Of a stretch of 43,391 bases of DNA, positions 42,201-43,391 are shown piece by piece (positions within the stretch are counted from its first letter, which is position 1; the number at the start of each line of letters is the position of its first letter). The stretch lies in NCBI GenBank assembly GCA_036481345.1, contig JAZGHU010000037.1, positions 1 through 43,391 on the forward strand, in the 5' to 3' direction. The translations under genes and the position numbers were made by a program. This stretch comes from Candidatus Woesearchaeota archaeon (GTDB lineage: Archaea; Nanobdellota; Nanobdellia; Woesearchaeales; WJKL01). A model generated the notes under the pieces. The model worked only from the letters and a program-made list of their open reading frames with translations, ran no database searches and was not told the origin of the DNA.

Positions 42201-43391
42201 TACTTATTCATATGAATGGTATAAAAATAATATATTACAACCAGGATTAACAACAAATACAATATCACATGTATTAACTACAGCAGGAGAAATATGGAAA
42301 GCAGTTGTAACTCCTAATGATGGAGAATCAGATGGCGCAACAGGAGAAGATAATGAAACAATAGTAGGAGTTCCACCTCAAACATCTAATATTAAATTAA
42401 TGTCTCCAATCAATCATTATATAATAACCTCTTCAACAACTGTTACATTCAACTATAATGTATCAAATAATGTTACAAATTGTTCATTGGTAATAAATGG
42501 AACAGTGGATCAAACAAATACTAACATAACTCCAAATACAACAGAAACCTTCACAAAAACTTTAGCAAATGGAGATTATAATTGGTCAGTAGAATGTACC
42601 AATCCAGATAATTCAACAAACAGCTCAATAACCTGGGACTTCACATTAGATTATACTGCTCCTGTAAAGAAAAGTGGTGGAGGAGGAGGAAGCTCTTCTG
42701 CTCCAGTTATAGTAGAAGAATGTTTAGAAAGCTGGACATGCACATCTTGGTCTGATTGTGCTAATGATCAACAGACCAGATTATGCTTTGACTTTAATGA
42801 ATGCGGAACAGAAACATTAAAGCCAGAAGAGATTAGATCTTGTGAAGCTAATCAGAATAATGGAGATGGGCTGGCTGAAAATGAAACAAAAGGTTCTGGA
42901 ATACCTTCTATAACAGGAGAAGCTATCAAGGTTCTGCCATATAAGGGACCTAATCCATATTACTTACTGCCAACAATCTTGTTATTGATAATATTCATAA
43001 CACTGACTGCTCTCAAGAAATCACATCTATCTAAAACTAAAAAGAAAGTGATAACTACACTTCATATAACTTTGGCTAGTCTTATATTGATATTATTTGT
43101 ATCATCTTTTATCAAGAACCTGCCAATAGGAGCACACATAGCAGAGATAACTGAAACAGCAAATGTTCCTATGAAGACAATAATAATAGTTATAGTAGGG
43201 GTGGCTTTTGCTATGGCTGCTTTATCAGCAACTCTTCTTTTTGTAGAAAAGAATAAAATCATGAATATTCTGAAGAAACGAAATAGTGGAAAGAGAAAAA
43301 GGAAAGAGATAAAAAAGATGGAAGCAAAAAAAGTAAAACCAAAGAAAATCAAGCCGAGATTAGAACACCATAAAATAAAGATGGATATGAT
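39235..43391 (+). CDS. Giant surface protein, >1385 aa, 3' end outside the window; paralogous to the 3601-aa protein
   Basis: Frame 1 is open from ATG 39235 (GAGG at 39220-39223) to the window end, checked by hand translation; absent from the ORF track because no stop is reached. Signal peptide MKFPKKKKGVWIKTAIILALALLASSLVSA. Seven CDYCTP...W..W modules. Duplicated ~125-aa N-domain. GGGGGSSS linker, Cys-knot ECLESWTCTSWSDCANDQQTRLC, then TM helices. Confidence 0.88.
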   Translation, partial: MKFPKKKKGVWIKTAIILALALLASSLVSAETANLTSAIYSGGDKLSDVSAKDDSYFLADMKDVAKGFYLNFSSDLTNGSTLNVFAKQTTGITIGIYAQSDTSGTTPLGTFSITSGTGDWYNTTLDISTPTNGIWLGEGTGSGQNPKDEFDFFSATIPSACTANLTNTSWSSWTNITCLANDTMNQSRNLTQYDANVCGGANTTFTEYRATEFCDYCTPSLTNTSWTSWYNTSSCYANDTIDQERNLTEYDGNYCGEVSNSTYFEYQTAACDYCTPNLINTSTAWTNISCLVSDLMNQTRNTTQYDNNYCGEIANQTFVEYQATEFCDYCTPSLINTSWTEWYNLTGCQANDTVLQERNLTQYDSNSCGEVANTTFTEQQSVACDYCTPSLTNTSWNSWLNISCLSDDTMNQSRNLTQYDTNSCGEIANQTFIEYRNTEACDYCTPSLTNTSWSSWNNISCLSDNTMNQSRNLTQYDSNSCGEIANQTFTEYQNIEACDYCTPNLLNTSWTAWYNLTGCQANDTVLQERNLTQYDSNVCGEFANQTFTEQQSAACIYQVNINETVEDASSNPINTTIIIIDESDNSTVYNQTANSHNLNVDHNKEYTIRIVPQNNKIKEIEFTNVNITEPLNQIIDIDNPADNQGYIDLYAINPLINLSPGQTFTVTVTASATSNVLYKCVDWNFTSRTCEGTWILSKIINPGQDYIITLNSTDPGFGEDNITANLTSAIHVGSDVLSFLISKDDNYYSADVKDASKKLYLNFTHNITNQSILKIYAKQVNGITVGIYAQSDTLGTTPLGNFTVTSGTGDWYNITLDLSTETNAIWFGEGTGSGTDPKEEFDYVYVEIFIANSLPNSTTPIITPATAYTNNNLNCTFTVTDEDNDSLSVNYTWYNGSTLVITGTMNVTNGTLTSISLGSANTSKGETWNCSIIPFDGIAYGIEKSITKTIQNSLPTSPIIDLLPNNPNADQDLVASITSSSSDLDNDTITYSYEWYKNNILQPGLTTNTISHVLTTAGEIWKAVVTPNDGESDGATGEDNETIVGVPPQTSNIKLMSPINHYIITSSTTVTFNYNVSNNVTNCSLVINGTVDQTNTNITPNTTETFTKTLANGDYNWSVECTNPDNSTNSSITWDFTLDYTAPVKKSGGGGGSSSAPVIVEECLESWTCTSWSDCANDQQTRLCFDFNECGTETLKPEEIRSCEANQNNGDGLAENETKGSGIPSITGEAIKVLPYKGPNPYYLLPTILLLIIFITLTALKKSHLSKTKKKVITTLHITLASLILILFVSSFIKNLPIGAHIAEITETANVPMKTIIIVIVGVAFAMAALSATLLFVEKNKIMNILKKRNSGKRKRKEIKKMEAKKVKPKKIKPRLEHHKIKMDM
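39715..40895 (+). repeat. Seven in-frame tandem Cys/Trp-rich modules (~56 aa, ~168 bp), same family as 31070-33536 but on the opposite strand
   Basis: For example CDYCTPSLTNTSWTSWYNTSSCYANDTIDQERNLTEYDGNYCGEVSNSTYFEYQTAA. Shares exact DNA runs with the minus-strand array, such as aattattgtggagaagttagcaa. Confidence 0.9.

Overview
AT-rich archaeal window. It encodes RpoH, split RpoB''/B', split RpoA'/A'', eL30, Spt5 and intron-bearing tRNAs. A small-genome DPANN-type archaeon fits, but that is inference only.

Left ~16 kb is core housekeeping:
- the 3' part of ilvD and a secreted membrane protein;
- a cluster of three intron-containing tRNAs (Tyr, Asp with two introns, Lys);
- the canonical rpoH-rpoB2-rpoB1-rpoA1-rpoA2-rpl30e-nusA-rps12-rps7 string;
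- aroA, then secE-spt5-rpl11. Spt5 and L11 both carry long charged C-terminal extensions.

Right ~27 kb is an accessory island of giant, Asn-x-Ser/Thr-saturated surface proteins.
- On the minus strand the genes are tightly packed: tandem-HTH regulator, 3601-aa protein, 965-aa coiled-coil protein, 91-aa protein, 1641-aa protein, 887-aa beta-propeller protein, 84-aa membrane protein.
- Divergent on the plus strand are a 51-aa ribbon-helix-helix ORF and a >1385-aa giant ORF. The giant ORF runs off the window and is absent from the ORF track.
- The divergent control region carries a phased array of about 10 direct ATGTAAGTA repeats plus a palindromic operator.
- Both flanking giants contain paralogous Cys/Trp-rich tandem modules in inverted orientation.

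No CRISPR array, rRNA, transposase or recognisable defence genes were seen. All domain names rest on motif recognition by eye and need HMM or structure confirmation.
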